From the NCBI GenBank assembly GCA_965224025.1, contig OZ245033.1:3232001-3296000 (forward strand): a stretch of 64,000 nt of DNA, given 5' to 3'. A model generated the notes under the pieces. That model saw nothing but the letters and a program-made list of their open reading frames with translations, searched no databases and had not been told where the DNA came from. Made by a program: the position numbers and the translations under genes. This DNA comes from Candidatus Multivorans sp. Its GTDB lineage: Bacteria; Acidobacteriota; Thermoanaerobaculia; Multivoradales; Multivoraceae. Positions 62,088 through 64,000 of the stretch are shown piece by piece (position 1 is the first letter of the stretch; each line of letters begins with the position of its first letter).

Positions 62088-64000
62088 TCAGGACGACTCG
62101 TTGCCGTACTGCTCGAACAGCCGCTCGATGAGGAGCTGGAGCGGGAACCGGTTCAGCCTGCCGGTGCCGGCGGCACGTTCGCCGTAGCTGGTCACCTCGT
62201 CGGGTGCGATCCCGTCGCCCCAGATCAGCACCGGCACCGGGTCGGCGCCATGGGCGCCCACCTCGGACAGGGTGGCGTGGTCGGCCGTCACGGCGACCCG
62301 GATCGGCTGTTCCAGCTTCTCGAGCCGGGCGCCGAGTTCGCGGTCGAGGCGCTCGAGGAAGGCGACCTTCAGATCGGGGCGGCGGTCGTGAGCGGCGATG
62401 TCGGCGCCCTTCACGTGGATCATGACCAGGTCGTGATCCTCGAGCGCTTCAGCGGCGCAGTCGAACTTGAGCGACAGGTCCGTGTCCACGTTCGCGGTCA
62501 TGCCTCGGCGCCGGATCACGGAGGCGCCGAGCGCCGAGGCGATGCCCATCACCGTCCGGTCGCCGCCGATGCAGGCCGCGCTGAGCGGCAGACCGCCCGG
62601 CTCCAGGGGCAGAAGCTGGTGGACCCGGCCCACTCCCCGGGTCAAGACGGCGTTCGCCGCCAGTTCGCCGCTCGCGCGCCGGTCCTCGTTTACCGGATGC
62701 CGCGCCAGCACGCGCCGCGCCTCCTGCTCGAAGAGGGCCAGGACGCGCGCGGTGCGTTCGGCGGTATCGTCGTTCGGATCGAGAGGCCTCGGCGCCAGCG
62801 GCCGTCCGGAGGGTGCGCCGTCGCCCGGATCGGAGCCTTCGATGGCCGACGTGAGGCCTTCTCCGCGCAGGGTGATTGCGAGTCGATGCTCCGTCGTCGC
62901 CCGCACGCGGACCTTGACCCGGTTTGAGGCGGGCAGGTCCAGACGGTCGATTGCCTTGGCGAGTTTCTTGGCCCCTTCGCGAATGCGGCCGGCCCGGCGG
63001 TCGACGACGAAACCGCGCTCGTCGAGGGTGGCGAAGTTGCCCCGGATGGCGATCGTCCCGGTCTTCAACTTGAGGCCGGCGCCCAGGGCCTCGATCGGCC
63101 CTCGGGTCATCACCCGCGGCGACTGGGCGAACAGGGCGAGGTTTCCCGATGCCGTATCCGGAACCACGCCGGGCGCTACCGGGTCGGCCAGACCGCAGGC
63201 GCCTTCCCGGGCCAGCCGGTCGAGCGTAGGCGTCCGCGCGGCTTCGAGAGGCGTCCGCGCCCCGAGCGAGCGCAGGGGGCGGTCGGGAAGACCGTCGATC
63301 ACCAGCAGGAGAGCCGGGGTACGGCGCTCGCTCAGCAACCCCACCGACGCCTGAGTGAGCCAGGGCAGCCGCTGGGACAGGCTCTGCCCGAGCAGGGCGA
63401 TGGCGGTCGGAAGCAACTCCTCCCGGTCCGTCGTGTCGAGAATCGGAACCCCTGCTTCCCGCGCGAGTCGCAACAGGTGCCTTTGCTGTCCACGGATGAC
63501 CCGGAAGTGGTCGAGCTGCCGGTTCGGCCTTCTGCCGGCAGAGGACTCGCGCGCGAGGAAGTGGCCGCGGTGGACTTCCTCGTCAGGAGTCGAGAGCACG
63601 GTGAAGAACTGGTAGGCCTCGCCTTCGAGGTCGGCGAACGGAACCAGACCGGGCAGGAGGTGGACGCCCTCGACGACCAGACTGAGATTCTCGGCAATCG
63701 CTCGCTCGACCACCGCCCGGACACCGACGCACACCCTGGTGGCCTGCTCCTCCAGCGTCGCTACCTGGGGGTTTCCAGCGCCTGTGGCGAACTCGCTCGA
63801 TGGATCCGCGGGCGTTTCATAGCTCGAGACGTGGAGTGCCGGCAGGATCGCCGGCGCGAACACCATCCGCATCACCTGACGCACGGTGTCGGTGGCGTTG
63901 ATCCGGTAGATGCGCAGTTGCGGCGCCAGGTCGAGCGCCAGGGTGGACTTGCCGGTGCCGGCGCCGCCGCCGATGTACAAGATGAGGGGTTTCGGCAGCC
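62088..64000 (-). CDS. Fusion of a 2-phosphoglycerate kinase-like domain and an ApgM-type cofactor-independent phosphoglycerate mutase; the 5' end lies beyond the window
   Basis: PLILYIGGGAGTGKST, TD.VRQVMR, LHVSSY and VVEGVHL.PG, followed in-frame by IDGLPDRP...TPLEAA.TP.LD, DRRAGRI, HVKGADIAAHD and TADHAT....H..DPVP. Confidence 0.85.
   Translation of the reverse strand, partial: LPKPLILYIGGGAGTGKSTLALDLAPQLRIYRINATDTVRQVMRMVFAPAILPALHVSSYETPADPSSEFATGAGNPQVATLEEQATRVCVGVRAVVERAIAENLSLVVEGVHLLPGLVPFADLEGEAYQFFTVLSTPDEEVHRGHFLARESSAGRRPNRQLDHFRVIRGQQRHLLRLAREAGVPILDTTDREELLPTAIALLGQSLSQRLPWLTQASVGLLSERRTPALLLVIDGLPDRPLRSLGARTPLEAARTPTLDRLAREGACGLADPVAPGVVPDTASGNLALFAQSPRVMTRGPIEALGAGLKLKTGTIAIRGNFATLDERGFVVDRRAGRIREGAKKLAKAIDRLDLPASNRVKVRVRATTEHRLAITLRGEGLTSAIEGSDPGDGAPSGRPLAPRPLDPNDDTAERTARVLALFEQEARRVLARHPVNEDRRASGELAANAVLTRGVGRVHQLLPLEPGGLPLSAACIGGDRTVMGIASALGASVIRRRGMTANVDTDLSLKFDCAAEALEDHDLVMIHVKGADIAAHDRRPDLKVAFLERLDRELGARLEKLEQPIRVAVTADHATLSEVGAHGADPVPVLIWGDGIAPDEVTSYGERAAGTGRLNRFPLQLLIERLFEQYGNESS

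Overview
This is a high-GC bacterial chromosomal window, diderm because lpxB is present. The gene order suggests Acidobacteriota, but that is inference only. It is mostly housekeeping: secA, comM, thyA-folA-queG, rpsA-ihfB-lpxB-yicC-gmk-rpoZ-coaBC-udg, rimP-nusA-infB-rbfA-nrnA-truB-rpsO-pnp, degP, valS-birA, plus glycosyltransferase clusters and transporters. The most striking accessory content is two near-identical IS110 elements (26449-28105 and 39395-41051, one synonymous SNP noticed), each inserted at a CT|AG site. Their roughly 280-bp non-coding left end contains, in IS621 order, short segments matching the target and the element's own circle junction. I read this as a candidate bridge RNA with an AG core. 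Other notable items are a collapsed phage/satellite remnant (integrase tail, TerL, portal), a duplicated small-protein + GT4 module, a membrane pseudokinase, a 2-phosphoglycerate kinase-ApgM fusion, an internally deleted threonine synthase, a MobA relaxase scrap, and low-complexity tails on PNPase, S1 and SecA. All product calls come from motif recognition by eye; no searches were run.
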